IMG/VR virus record: IMGVR_UViG_3300024433_001307
Span: 1,029 to 65,028 of that record
From: a virus
Taxonomy: Duplodnaviria > Caudoviricetes
Strand: one strand, 5' to 3'
DNA: 64,000 nucleotides
Positions within the stretch are counted from its first letter, which is position 1; each line of letters starts with the position of its first letter. Position numbers and translations under genes: made by a program. Below are positions 52,714 to 63,032 of this stretch, one piece after another. Below the pieces are notes generated by a model. It did no database searches. It saw only the letters and a list, made by a program, of their open reading frames with translations, and was not told the DNA's origin.

Positions 52714-55700
52714 GTAATGGTGGTTGGGGTAGATTGGCTATTTCGATAGCTGGAGCCTTTGTAGGCAATATGATATTACCCGGCTTTGGAACCTCTCTTG
52801 GTTTCTTTGGGGGTGCGATTTTAGGTTCTATGATTTTTCCTCAAAAGACAAAAAGTACCCCTCCACAGTTAGGTGATTATCCAGTACAAACAGCAGAAAA
52901 AGGAACTCCCATACCATTCATATGTGGTTCAAAAGAGGTAGCTGGTAATATCATATATGCTGAACCGGCTGAACCGTATACTATAGCTCATTCCAGTGGT
53001 GGGGGAGGTAAGAGTGGTGGTGGAGAAGCAAAAACATATGAAACCAGGTATCGAAGAACCTTTTTGATTTGTGTGTGTGAAGGTCCTGCATGGGTGATGA
53101 GTGCAAGAAAAGGCAAATTGAATATGCCTTTGAGTGATTTTACTTGGTATGATGGTCAGAATAATTCTGGTCTTTCTGCCTTATTAGGTATAGATTATGC
53201 AGAATACAAGACTTGTGCCTTAGCTCTTTTTGAGAATTATGATACAGGCAGTTCCGAGCAGATACCAAATATGCTCTTTGAAGTGTCATCAGAATATGTT
53301 GGAATAGAATCTCATTGTGTGATTGGGGATGATTTATATATCATTCATGGTAAAGGCGTTTTGGTGAATGCAGGAGTGATTACGAATGAAGGAGGTCTAA
53401 CTGGAATACCTTGCTCTTATCATCCTTTTGAAGTAGGTCATGTAATTAGGGTAGGTGGAACTTCTACATTAGATAGCGGTAATGGTTATGCCATTGTAGA
53501 AATTACTGATGATAGGATAATTGTCAATAAAGGCTATCAAGCTGAAACTCTTGATGGAGATGAGCGTATATTTCGTTTTCTACAGAATTATTTGGAAGAT
53601 TACGGTTATGGGCATGGTTGCATAATTGGAGATTATTATTATGTACCTATAAATTATCTTGCCGATTATCAAACTTGTATTATTCGTATCAAGCGAAGTA
53701 CCTTAGCAATTGAAAGCGATTGGGCAGATGACCCTGTTACTTATGGATGGTATGGTGGTCAAGTAGGTATGAATTGTAAAGCATCCCCAGATGGACTTTA
53801 TGTGTTTTTACAGACTCTTAATTTCGAAATTTTATATAAATATCGAGTGAGTGATGGTGCTTTGATATGGGAATTTTATCATCCAGATGGACAAAATGAT
53901 AGTTATATATTGGATGTAGATTCAGATGGTTGTTGTTATCTTGCAGAAATTAAAGATGCGGGCGAATACGGTAGAGGAAAAGTAGCAAAGATTGCAGCAG
54001 ATGGTTCCGCAGCCACGTTTTTTACTTTGGGTCTAACACCAAAAGCATATTATCATGGAGGAAATTATTGTAGTGCATTGAATGAAAGTGCTGATATATT
54101 GGCAACAGGAGGTCATCAATCTGGGAACAGTGAGATACTCGGTTCCAGATTGCCTTTACGTTTGTGGAATTTAACGACATTGACTGATATCGCTTATTTT
54201 GAGATAGCATCCGATTATGATTTTTTCCAATTGCTATGGCATGATGGTTATCTGTATGCTTACGGTGATACCACTACTTATAATGGTGATACCGTAAATA
54301 TATGGAAATTTGATACGGATTTGAATGTTATTGCTACAGGTTATGTTTCTTCTGTAGGTTGTTTTTGGGTGGGGAATGACCGCCATATATGGGTGGGTCG
54401 AACATCACCTTCATTACCTAACGGTTTGGTTATATTGGATAAGGATGATTTGAGTGTGAGGGAATCTTTGAAAATTCATTATTTATGCTATGTTACTAAT
54501 CCAATTATTACCAGTGCGGAATATGTCACGAATTATAGGATTGCAGGTGAGACCCATGATGAATATCCACCCAATATAATTAAAGCGATAGCAATACGAT
54601 TGGATAAGGAGGATTTGATAAATGAAACCAAATTCAACGCTGCTTTGGATTATTGCATTGACCAAGATATAAAATTAAGTTTTGCTTTCAAAGACCTTAA
54701 GCCTTGGACTGATTGGATTAACTATATCAATTCTCATTATGCTGGTTATTATTTCTGGCAAGCCGGTCAACTCTGTTTGGGTGTATATAAAGATGAGAAT
54801 TCTGTGGCTTCCATAACACAAGATGACCTAATCAGAGAAGAAGGAGAACCACCTGTTCAAATAAATCCTTTCAGTCCTGATTGGTTTAATCGGACAGAAA
54901 TTAAATGGACCAATCGTGATGATAATTATGGTACTGCGATAGCCGTTGCTAAGGATGATATTGACATAAGAAATAATGGTTTGAGAAAACATGCAGTGGA
55001 TTTGGCTGGAATTCATAATGCGACCCTTGCTCAGAAGATGGTGGAACGAATGAGGATAGACAGTCAATGTAGACGAAGACTTTTCAGTTTTGCTTTATCT
55101 TATAAATATCTTGGTTTGGAGAGAGGTGATGTAATAGATATAACCGATGGATATTTGTTAACAGCCCAGAAGATGAGAATCATCAATCTTGTTGTATCCC
55201 CTCATGGTAGGAAGATAGTGATTAAAGCTGTTGAAGATGGTAGTGAATTATATCCTACAATAACATGGTCAACGGAAACCACAGAACATATTCTTCCAAC
55301 TATTCCTACCGTGAGTGGAAGTCGAATTACTTATAGAGAAGATACTGATGAAGCTAAATTGAATTTGTCTATTGCTCCTATTACTCAATATGCTAATGGA
55401 TGGGATATTTATAAATCAAATGATGGGGGTAGTAGTTATAATTTGATTGGTAGATGTGCTGTAGACGGAATTACGGGAGGAGATGCTAATAGTATAGGAA
55501 CACTGACTAAGGCATTATTGGCAACCGCTTCCACTACTTGGCATCAGGATGAATCTTTCGAGGTTGATATAGGAACAGTAACTGATTTATCTACATCTAT
55601 AACTGATGCCCAATTGTTTAATGGATTGAAATTGGCTAAGATAGATGATGAGATAATTGGTTATAAAGATTGTGAAGAGACAGGAGTGGCTGGTATTTGG

Positions 55701-56369
55701 AAAATAAAGAATTTGATAAGAGGTCTTTTCAATACAGAACCGGTTGCTCATTCTGTAAGTGCGAATTTTGCTACTTTGGATGTCAATTATACCTATATCA
55801 TAAAATCGGAGGATATAGGACACACCCTATATTTCAAAGCAGTTACCTTCTATGGGGACTACTATAATACATTAGCAGCCACTACAGCCTACTCTCATGC
55901 AATTCAAGGACACTATAATAGGCCAGCACCCATTAGTCTGTTACATATGGAGAATAGGGAGGGTTTTACAGATTATGACGCTGCATCAGTAGTATTGCAA
56001 TGGGAATATGGTGATAAGAACGGCGGATTCAATGATGGGGTTTTCAATGGGAATGGGAGCAGTTGGAATTATGGAGATGATGAGAATGACTTATTAGAGG
56101 ATGTTGGTGGAATTACTTTTGGGTCGCCTGGATTGGATGCCAACATAAAGGAATTGAAGATTATAATTGAGGAGACAGATGGCACTCATATCAACACCAA
56201 AACATATGAACCAGGAGAAACGGTATTTGATGATAAAGAAATCACCTTAACGTATGCGGTTGCTGGTGATTTGAATAGTAAAGACCCAGCAGTTGTGAAA
56301 TTCATTCCTGTTTATGATTTACAGGATACATTTGAAAAAAGTATCACTCTTGATAAGGTAGGTGTATAA
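52710..56369 (+). CDS. Tail tip / host-specificity protein (gpJ-like) with an inserted beta-propeller
   Basis: GTPIP...G..EVAGNII, VCEGP, IPNMLFEV, LERGDVI, IDDEII...LIRGLFNT; 1219 aa. Confidence 0.85.
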   Translation: MSNGGWGRLAISIAGAFVGNMILPGFGTSLGFFGGAILGSMIFPQKTKSTPPQLGDYPVQTAEKGTPIPFICGSKEVAGNIIYAEPAEPYTIAHSSGGGGKSGGGEAKTYETRYRRTFLICVCEGPAWVMSARKGKLNMPLSDFTWYDGQNNSGLSALLGIDYAEYKTCALALFENYDTGSSEQIPNMLFEVSSEYVGIESHCVIGDDLYIIHGKGVLVNAGVITNEGGLTGIPCSYHPFEVGHVIRVGGTSTLDSGNGYAIVEITDDRIIVNKGYQAETLDGDERIFRFLQNYLEDYGYGHGCIIGDYYYVPINYLADYQTCIIRIKRSTLAIESDWADDPVTYGWYGGQVGMNCKASPDGLYVFLQTLNFEILYKYRVSDGALIWEFYHPDGQNDSYILDVDSDGCCYLAEIKDAGEYGRGKVAKIAADGSAATFFTLGLTPKAYYHGGNYCSALNESADILATGGHQSGNSEILGSRLPLRLWNLTTLTDIAYFEIASDYDFFQLLWHDGYLYAYGDTTTYNGDTVNIWKFDTDLNVIATGYVSSVGCFWVGNDRHIWVGRTSPSLPNGLVILDKDDLSVRESLKIHYLCYVTNPIITSAEYVTNYRIAGETHDEYPPNIIKAIAIRLDKEDLINETKFNAALDYCIDQDIKLSFAFKDLKPWTDWINYINSHYAGYYFWQAGQLCLGVYKDENSVASITQDDLIREEGEPPVQINPFSPDWFNRTEIKWTNRDDNYGTAIAVAKDDIDIRNNGLRKHAVDLAGIHNATLAQKMVERMRIDSQCRRRLFSFALSYKYLGLERGDVIDITDGYLLTAQKMRIINLVVSPHGRKIVIKAVEDGSELYPTITWSTETTEHILPTIPTVSGSRITYREDTDEAKLNLSIAPITQYANGWDIYKSNDGGSSYNLIGRCAVDGITGGDANSIGTLTKALLATASTTWHQDESFEVDIGTVTDLSTSITDAQLFNGLKLAKIDDEIIGYKDCEETGVAGIWKIKNLIRGLFNTEPVAHSVSANFATLDVNYTYIIKSEDIGHTLYFKAVTFYGDYYNTLAATTAYSHAIQGHYNRPAPISLLHMENREGFTDYDAASVVLQWEYGDKNGGFNDGVFNGNGSSWNYGDDENDLLEDVGGITFGSPGLDANIKELKIIIEETDGTHINTKTYEPGETVFDDKEITLTYAVAGDLNSKDPAVVKFIPVYDLQDTFEKSITLDKVGV

Positions 56370-57213
56370 AATGACTGTAGCATATACCTCGGAAGGTAAA
56401 TTGGCCAAAGCAGATACTGATGTAAGACTTTGGGGTTCCGCTTTTAATGGTAACTTTGATAGCCTTGATGCTGGTTTTTTTATTACCTTAGAGGCGGGAG
56501 AGAATATAGACCAATATAGTGCTTGTTGTATAGCCGCTGCTGATGGCAAGATGTATAAAGCAGACGCCAATGTCGCCACCAGAAGACCGTGTATAGGTAT
56601 GGCTCCTGCTGCTATTACTTCTGGAAGTAATGGAAGACTTCAATTGTTTGGTTGGATGGATTATGATGACAGTGCCTTTTCTTCTGCAGGATTAGCTGCC
56701 ACAAGAAATGATTTGTTATATCTCTGTGAGGTTGCAGGAGAATTAACTGTGACCCCACCAGCCAATCCTCAAGTGGTGGGTATAGCCAAGACCTCTACTG
56801 CGATAAATGTTACTCGTATTCTTATCAATCCTGATTTGGGTTATAAAACACAATTGGCATTGATAGCTGTAGAGGATTTGGCTGCTGGAGCGGATATTGC
56901 AAACAGACCTATATTCGTTTCACCTACAAAGTGTTTGATTTTGTCAGCAGGTATATTAACACAAGGTGCTCCTGCTGATGTTGATGATGCTAATACTTCA
57001 GTTATCTTGTTAGAAGATGATGCCAGTAATGCCTTAGTTACCAAAACCTATAATACAGGAACTCAACCACCTACAAATGATTATGAAGATTTAGGTAGTT
57101 TAAGCAATGTTGAATATACTGCTGCGGAACATATGATGTTGAGTGTGACTAATGGAGTCACAGCAGACTTGCCGGCTTTCATGGTAGTAATTGAATATAT
57201 GCTCATCTATTGA
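56362..57213 (+). CDS. Virion structural/fibre protein with a cement-like domain
   Basis: AGENI...DGKMYKADA...IG.A..AITSG...G; QVVGIA. Confidence 0.6.
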   Translation: MYKMTVAYTSEGKLAKADTDVRLWGSAFNGNFDSLDAGFFITLEAGENIDQYSACCIAAADGKMYKADANVATRRPCIGMAPAAITSGSNGRLQLFGWMDYDDSAFSSAGLAATRNDLLYLCEVAGELTVTPPANPQVVGIAKTSTAINVTRILINPDLGYKTQLALIAVEDLAAGADIANRPIFVSPTKCLILSAGILTQGAPADVDDANTSVILLEDDASNALVTKTYNTGTQPPTNDYEDLGSLSNVEYTAAEHMMLSVTNGVTADLPAFMVVIEYMLIY

Positions 57214-58490
57214 GAAAGATTAACATGAAAAAAGAAGTGAAAAGGGAGGTATTCATTATAGGAGGTGGAGCCAGTTTGAAAGGCTTTCCTTTTGGAAAAT
57301 TAAAAGATAAGGAAACTATTGCTGTCAATGTAGCTGCTTTCGACGTTCCAAATCCTACATATTGTATCACAGCAGATTCAGGTATTTTTCGTAAATTACA
57401 AGAAGGATATTTTAAGGGAATAGATACCACTTGGGTTGTAGTTTCCAATCCAGAACACGCAACAATGAAATGGCGAAATGGTAGGTTTATTCATAGTCAG
57501 TCTAAATTCGTATATAATCTGTTTGCTCCAAATATGATTATTCGTAATGCAGGAACGGATGGTATAGGTCTTACCTTCAAGGATTTTAAGACGGGATATA
57601 ATAGTGGTTTTTGTGGTTTTCAATTAGCTGTGTTATTAGGTTATGAAAGAATATATCTGTTAGGATTTGATTTAGCAACTAAGCCGAATAGCCATTACCA
57701 TGATAGATATGGGGAGAAAGGAATTAGCACCATTACTTTTGAAAGATATTATAAGAATTTCAAATTGGCTTTGCAATTTATTAGAGATAAAACAGATATA
57801 GAGGTTATATCTTGTTCGAGTGTCAGTAGATTGAATGATATGATACCATATCAATCTTTTGGTAAAGTACAAGAGGAATCTCCTCCACAAAAGGAGAGAG
57901 AAGCTACCGAAATAATTTCCTATAATCTTTTGGATGATGTGATGCATGAAACGAAAAAACGATTATCTATCCTTATTTGTTCCATAAAAGGTAGAGAAAG
58001 ATTGCTGAAGAAATTGATGTGTAAATTAGATAAACAAAGGATAGAAGGAGTGGAGATATTAGTAGAATCAGATAACAGGAAGATATCCATTGGAGCCAAA
58101 CGGAATATTCTACTTCGGAAGGCAAAAGGGGATTATGTGGTCTTTATAGATGATGATGATGATATATCCGATAATTATATATCCAAGATATTGAAAGCCA
58201 TCTCTTCCAATCCGGATTGTGTAGGAGTAGAGGGAGAAGTTTTTTTTAGAAAGAAAAACCGCAGGAGAAAATTTATTCATTCACTTCGTTATGAATCATG
58301 GTTTGAACGGGATAATGTATATTATAGGTGTCCCAATCATATTTCTCCTGTCAAAAGAGAATTGGCTTTGCAGGTTATGTTTTCGGATAAATCCAAAGGT
58401 GAAGATAAAGAATATTCATTAAAATTGCATCCTCTACTCAAGAGCGAAGTCTGTATAAAAGGACCAATCTATTATTATCTAACAGGTTGA
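57210..58490 (+). CDS. DUF115/MptE-like domain fused to a GT2 glycosyltransferase
   Basis: IIGGGASL...NSGFCG.QLAVLLG..RIYLLGFD, then LSILICS...IGAKRN...YVVFIDDDD...GED. Confidence 0.85.
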   Translation: MRKINMKKEVKREVFIIGGGASLKGFPFGKLKDKETIAVNVAAFDVPNPTYCITADSGIFRKLQEGYFKGIDTTWVVVSNPEHATMKWRNGRFIHSQSKFVYNLFAPNMIIRNAGTDGIGLTFKDFKTGYNSGFCGFQLAVLLGYERIYLLGFDLATKPNSHYHDRYGEKGISTITFERYYKNFKLALQFIRDKTDIEVISCSSVSRLNDMIPYQSFGKVQEESPPQKEREATEIISYNLLDDVMHETKKRLSILICSIKGRERLLKKLMCKLDKQRIEGVEILVESDNRKISIGAKRNILLRKAKGDYVVFIDDDDDISDNYISKILKAISSNPDCVGVEGEVFFRKKNRRRKFIHSLRYESWFERDNVYYRCPNHISPVKRELALQVMFSDKSKGEDKEYSLKLHPLLKSEVCIKGPIYYYLTG

Positions 58491-58493
58491 TAT

Positions 58494-59156
58494 ATGAAAA
58501 TCTTATTCAAATATCCGACATTTAGAAGACCTGAATGGTTTCAAGAAACTTTGATTAGGTATTATCATATGCTGAGTATGAATTTCGCTTATCAGTTTGT
58601 AATCTCGTTGAATGAAGATGATGAGACAATGAATAATTCTGAAATGAAAGAATTTATGGATACCCAGCCAGTATTGTCTTACCATTATGGTAACCACAAA
58701 ACGAAGATGGAAGCCATCAATGCCAATATGGAAGGGTTGGATTTTGATATTCTCTTCCTTATTTCAGATGATATGATTCCAATTGTTTCTGGATTTGATA
58801 TTATCATAGTGGAGAAGATGTGTCAACATTTTCCTGATATGGATGGAGCATTGCATTTTAATGATGATTGTTGTGGAAAGGATAGAACTATAACCTTATC
58901 CATAATGGGTAAGAAGTTATATGATATGTTTGGATATATCTATCATCCTGATTATAAAAGTTTCTTCTGTGATAACGAGTTTACAGATGAGGTTTACGGA
59001 ATGGGGAAGGCTATTTATATCCCCAAGGTTATAGTGAAGCATGATTGGAAAGGATGGGGAAAGGATAGAGATGAAGTATATAGAAGAAATACTTCATTGG
59101 GTAAGGATGATGAGAATACCTATAACAGAAGAAAGAAACTTGGTTTTCCTAAATGA
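58494..59156 (+). CDS. GT-A glycosyltransferase
   Basis: KYPTFRRP, AINA, LISDDM, FCDNEF. Confidence 0.82.
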   Translation: MKILFKYPTFRRPEWFQETLIRYYHMLSMNFAYQFVISLNEDDETMNNSEMKEFMDTQPVLSYHYGNHKTKMEAINANMEGLDFDILFLISDDMIPIVSGFDIIIVEKMCQHFPDMDGALHFNDDCCGKDRTITLSIMGKKLYDMFGYIYHPDYKSFFCDNEFTDEVYGMGKAIYIPKVIVKHDWKGWGKDRDEVYRRNTSLGKDDENTYNRRKKLGFPK

Positions 59157-59171
59157 TGGAAAAGGATAGAA

Positions 59172-59762
59172 ATGTTTTCTCAACGAGACGAAGAAAAATA
59201 TATTCTGAGATTTTTCAAAGGCGGGCAAGGCAGATTTTTGGATATAGGAGCCTATGATGGAAAAACTTTCAGTAATACACATCAACTCGCTTTACAAGGA
59301 TGGGGTGGTGTTTGCATTGAACCTTCTCCATCTGTGACAGGACCTTTGGAGAAATTATATTGGAATAACAACAAAATCAAGATTCTCAAGGTTGGTATTG
59401 GTGTGAAGAGAGGTACATTTCCATTTTATAATTTTTATGGGGATGCTGTTGGTACATTTGATATAGAACATGCAAAATTATGGAGTGAAAAAGGTAAAAG
59501 AAAATGGATTGAGATTCAAGTGGAAGTGATTACGGTGGATGATTTATTTTCTCATATAGATTACAATTTCCATTTTGTCAATATAGATGCAGAAGGTTGG
59601 AGTTTTGCCATACTGCAAAATCTACCATTTGATAAATTAACTAAATTGAAAATGATTTGTGTTGAATTCGATGGTCAATCTCAAAGGATTTTGGATTTGA
59701 CAGTCAAATACAAATTTAGGTTATATCATTCGACAGCAGAAAATTTATTATTGGTGAGATAA
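59172..59762 (+). CDS. FkbM-family methyltransferase
   Basis: FSQ..E, FLDIGAYDG.TFSNT, WGGVCIEP, NIDAEG, ICVE. Confidence 0.88.
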   Translation: MFSQRDEEKYILRFFKGGQGRFLDIGAYDGKTFSNTHQLALQGWGGVCIEPSPSVTGPLEKLYWNNNKIKILKVGIGVKRGTFPFYNFYGDAVGTFDIEHAKLWSEKGKRKWIEIQVEVITVDDLFSHIDYNFHFVNIDAEGWSFAILQNLPFDKLTKLKMICVEFDGQSQRILDLTVKYKFRLYHSTAENLLLVR

Positions 59763-59770
59763 GAAACAAA

Positions 59771-60319
59771 ATGAGTTTAACAGAAGACATTTTGAAGAAT
59801 TATTTGAATCCAATTTTGGTAGAAACAGGAACATATTTGGGCAATGGAGTGGAGATTGCTAAAAGGGTAGGATTCAATAAGATATTATCAATAGAAGTAT
59901 CAAAAATGATTTGGGAAAGAACTCAAGAAAGATTTATAAAAGATGATAGTATAACCATTATCCATGGGGATAGTGTGAAGGTATTGTGGTCTGTAATAGA
60001 AAACATCAAAGAGAGAATGACATTTGTTTTGGATGCTCATAGTTTGGAATACAGTAAGGATATAGATATAAATAAAGCCGAACTTGAGGAATGGCCACTT
60101 GTTAAGGAATTACAAATAATAACACAACATCCTCGTAAAGACCATACTATAATAATTGATGATGTGCGTCTTTTTAAGTTATTCAACACCAATATAGAAG
60201 AGATAGAATCATTGTTGTTTGAAATAAATTCTGATTATCGAATTCACTTTATATCAGGTCTTCTTGAATCTGGTATAATTAAGGCTGAAGATATTATGAT
60301 TGCTGAGGTTGTGAAATGA
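59771..60319 (+). CDS. Class I SAM-dependent methyltransferase-like protein
   Basis: VETGTYLG, SIE, GDS, LDAH, IIDDVR. Confidence 0.78.
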   Translation: MSLTEDILKNYLNPILVETGTYLGNGVEIAKRVGFNKILSIEVSKMIWERTQERFIKDDSITIIHGDSVKVLWSVIENIKERMTFVLDAHSLEYSKDIDINKAELEEWPLVKELQIITQHPRKDHTIIIDDVRLFKLFNTNIEEIESLLFEINSDYRIHFISGLLESGIIKAEDIMIAEVVK

Positions 60320-61056
60320 AACGAGGTTTGTTATATGTCGTTTTTGGTAAGCAATATGATAATTTAGCTGTGCATACAATTATTCATTCTCGTTTGTTTA
60401 CTGATTTACCTATACATATTATCACGAATGTTTCTGATAGGAATGAAAAATGGAATGGTATTAAAAACATATCTTTTTCTGTTTTCAACACACCCCAAAA
60501 TAGAAATAGAGATTATAAAACGAGAATGGATTTGTATAGTCCTTTTGATGAAACATTGTATTTAGATTGTGATGCTGTAATAAGAAGGAATGGGATTGAA
60601 CACGTCTTTGATTTATTACAGGGAAAAGATTTGGTTCTTAATATGTATTTGAGGTGGGTTTTAGGAGATAAAATCCTAAGAATATATAAAAAGGCTATGA
60701 AAAAATCGAAAGTGATTTTACCTTTATGTGTGTATAACGGAGCCATCATATGCTTTGGAAGAGGTTTAAAGGATTTCTTTATCCTGTGGAATAGAATATG
60801 GAAAGAAACAGGAAAGGGTAGAGAGATGCCCGCATTGGCTTGTGCTATTAAGAAGAGTAGAATTACTGTTCAAAATTTACCTTCAAATTTCTTTGCTTCG
60901 GATATTTATGCTCCTGATTGTGTTGTTCAACATAATTATAATTCACATGGAGGTATGAATTTTTTTAATGAATTTGGATTACCTCAGATAAAGGAATATA
61001 AACCATTTGATAATAATCCGGCTGATTGGAATTGGGTCGAGTTTGATGAGAGATAA
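60316..61056 (+). CDS. GT-A (GT8-like) glycosyltransferase
   Basis: YSPFDETLYLDCD, YNGAII. Confidence 0.78.
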   Translation: MKRGLLYVVFGKQYDNLAVHTIIHSRLFTDLPIHIITNVSDRNEKWNGIKNISFSVFNTPQNRNRDYKTRMDLYSPFDETLYLDCDAVIRRNGIEHVFDLLQGKDLVLNMYLRWVLGDKILRIYKKAMKKSKVILPLCVYNGAIICFGRGLKDFFILWNRIWKETGKGREMPALACAIKKSRITVQNLPSNFFASDIYAPDCVVQHNYNSHGGMNFFNEFGLPQIKEYKPFDNNPADWNWVEFDER

Positions 61057-61777
61057 AAAATTATGTGTGGTTAATTATATCACAAGAAATACTTGGCATC
61101 CTCATGGTCAAGCAAGATTAAAGGAGAGTTTGAAAAGGATGAGATTTGAAGGTTCTATCCTTCTGTTCGATGATAATAATTTGAAATGTCCATCTCATAA
61201 TGATATTCCTTATGCTTTCAAATTTCATGCTTTGAATGAGGCTCGAAAACAAGGTTATGAACAATTACTTTGGGTAGATGCTTCTTTTTGGGCTGTTAGA
61301 AATTTGGAAGGTTTATTGGAAATGATTTGTAATAAGAAGGTGGTCGTTCAAAATTCAGGATATTCTTTAGGACAATGGGTTTCAGATAATTGTTTGAAAA
61401 GAATGAAAATGAAACGTGAGGACGCATTCAAACTTCCTATGTTTTCCGGCGGTCTTATAGGTTGTGATTTGAGTGATGAGAAAACAAAACTTTTCTTTGA
61501 TGAATTTTTTGGTTATGCTAAAGAAGGTTCTTGTTTTAGAGGTGCTTGGAGAAACAGGAATGGAGAGGTTTCATCAGATAAAAAGGTATTGGGACATCGA
61601 CATGATATGAGTGTTGGAAGTATTCTTATGCACAACAGAGATATTCCAATCTTTCCAAATAATAGTTTCTTTGCTTATTATGCTTGGTATCAAAAATATA
61701 AAACCGAAAAAGATTTGAGTAACATTTATTTCGTTTGTGAAGGAGGTCCAAGAAAATTACCACTAAAAAGATTATAA
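61046..61777 (+). CDS. Nucleotide-diphospho-sugar transferase
   Basis: PYAFK, LWVDAS, GHRHDMS. Confidence 0.72.
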   Translation: MRDKKLCVVNYITRNTWHPHGQARLKESLKRMRFEGSILLFDDNNLKCPSHNDIPYAFKFHALNEARKQGYEQLLWVDASFWAVRNLEGLLEMICNKKVVVQNSGYSLGQWVSDNCLKRMKMKREDAFKLPMFSGGLIGCDLSDEKTKLFFDEFFGYAKEGSCFRGAWRNRNGEVSSDKKVLGHRHDMSVGSILMHNRDIPIFPNNSFFAYYAWYQKYKTEKDLSNIYFVCEGGPRKLPLKRL

Positions 61778-62499
61778 TCAAGTCCTTTAATGGAATAGGA
61801 GATTTATTATTTATTACTCCAACCTTCAGAGTGATAAAAGAAGCCTATCCAAATTCCTATCTTGTGATGAATACGAGTAGACCTTCATTATTGAATAATA
61901 ATCCTTTTGTTGATATAATAGGACATAAAAACGAAGGGGTATTTCTTGGTTATCCAGCACCGGCAGAAGGTATTGCTCCCACCAAGCATCATATCATTTC
62001 TGATTGGGAGATTGTTTGTAAGGCTTATAATCTTAGGACGAAAAAGCCTATTTTACAACCGGAACTTTATGTGAAGGATTTGCCTTCAAAAAGAAATGTG
62101 ATAGGTGTACAAACAATACATAAAGGACTTTGGCATCGCAAAAAAGTTTGGCCTTTCTTTGAACAATTATCAAAAGAACCTCATTTCGAATTCATTCCAC
62201 AAATCACTTCTGGTGATAAAATGTTAGGTTTGATTAAGAAGATAGCAGAATATACTTGTGTGGTATGTGCAGAAGGAGGCATTTCTCATATAGCGAAAGC
62301 CTTGGATATCCCTGCTATTGTTTTATTTGGAGGGTGGGCTAACCCAAAATGGAATGGATATGAGGACCAAATCAATCTTGTAAGTATTGTAGATTGCAGT
62401 TATTGTTATAACGATATTCCTTGCAAAGGAGATTACAAATGTTGGAAAACTATCTCTGTGAATTATGTCAAAGAAATTGCTCTAAAAATGATAGAGTAA
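61756..62499 (+). CDS. GT9 (heptosyltransferase-like) glycosyltransferase, probable ATT start
   Basis: In-frame GIGDLLFITP lies upstream of the track's GTG 61831; also NNPFVD, KVWP, EGGISHIA.AL..PAIVLFG and C..C...C...C. Confidence 0.8.
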   Translation: MTTKKIIIKSFNGIGDLLFITPTFRVIKEAYPNSYLVMNTSRPSLLNNNPFVDIIGHKNEGVFLGYPAPAEGIAPTKHHIISDWEIVCKAYNLRTKKPILQPELYVKDLPSKRNVIGVQTIHKGLWHRKKVWPFFEQLSKEPHFEFIPQITSGDKMLGLIKKIAEYTCVVCAEGGISHIAKALDIPAIVLFGGWANPKWNGYEDQINLVSIVDCSYCYNDIPCKGDYKCWKTISVNYVKEIALKMIE

Positions 62500-63032
62500 A
62501 ATGTTTGAGTAATCCAAAACTCAATCTTGGTAGTGGCGTCATGTTATTGAAAGATTATATAAATTTTGATATTAAGGAATTTACTGTTGGAAATCTAAAA
62601 ACGGATATTCTTGGAGATATCAAAGAGCTTTTACATATCTTCAAACCCGAAACATTTTCTGGGATATTTTGTGTTCATGTTATAGAACATTTCTTTCCAG
62701 ATGAAGCCATCAAATTGGTGAAAGCATGTTATGAATTACTCAAACCACAGGGTATTCTGTTAATGGAAGGTCCAGACATTTTGAAAATGATAGATATATT
62801 GCAGACAGGGGGACCTCCTTACGAAGGTGATATCAATAAATATATTGGAGGTCTTTATGGAGATGTTGGACATAAGAATCAATGGGGTTCTGAATGGTGG
62901 CATAAATGGGGGTATACGAGGGACACAGCATCCAAAATGATTTCTGATTGTGGTTTTAATATATTGCATAAAGGGAAAGGTACTTCACATAGCATGAACA
63001 AAAGAGATTATCAAGTAAAAGGAATAAAATGA
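62421..63032 (+). CDS. SAM-dependent methyltransferase
   Basis: KLNLGSG...YINFD...HVIEH...LKPQG...PD...HKWGY; start uncertain. Confidence 0.82.
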   Translation: MQRRLQMLENYLCELCQRNCSKNDRVKCLSNPKLNLGSGVMLLKDYINFDIKEFTVGNLKTDILGDIKELLHIFKPETFSGIFCVHVIEHFFPDEAIKLVKACYELLKPQGILLMEGPDILKMIDILQTGGPPYEGDINKYIGGLYGDVGHKNQWGSEWWHKWGYTRDTASKMISDCGFNILHKGKGTSHSMNKRDYQVKGIK

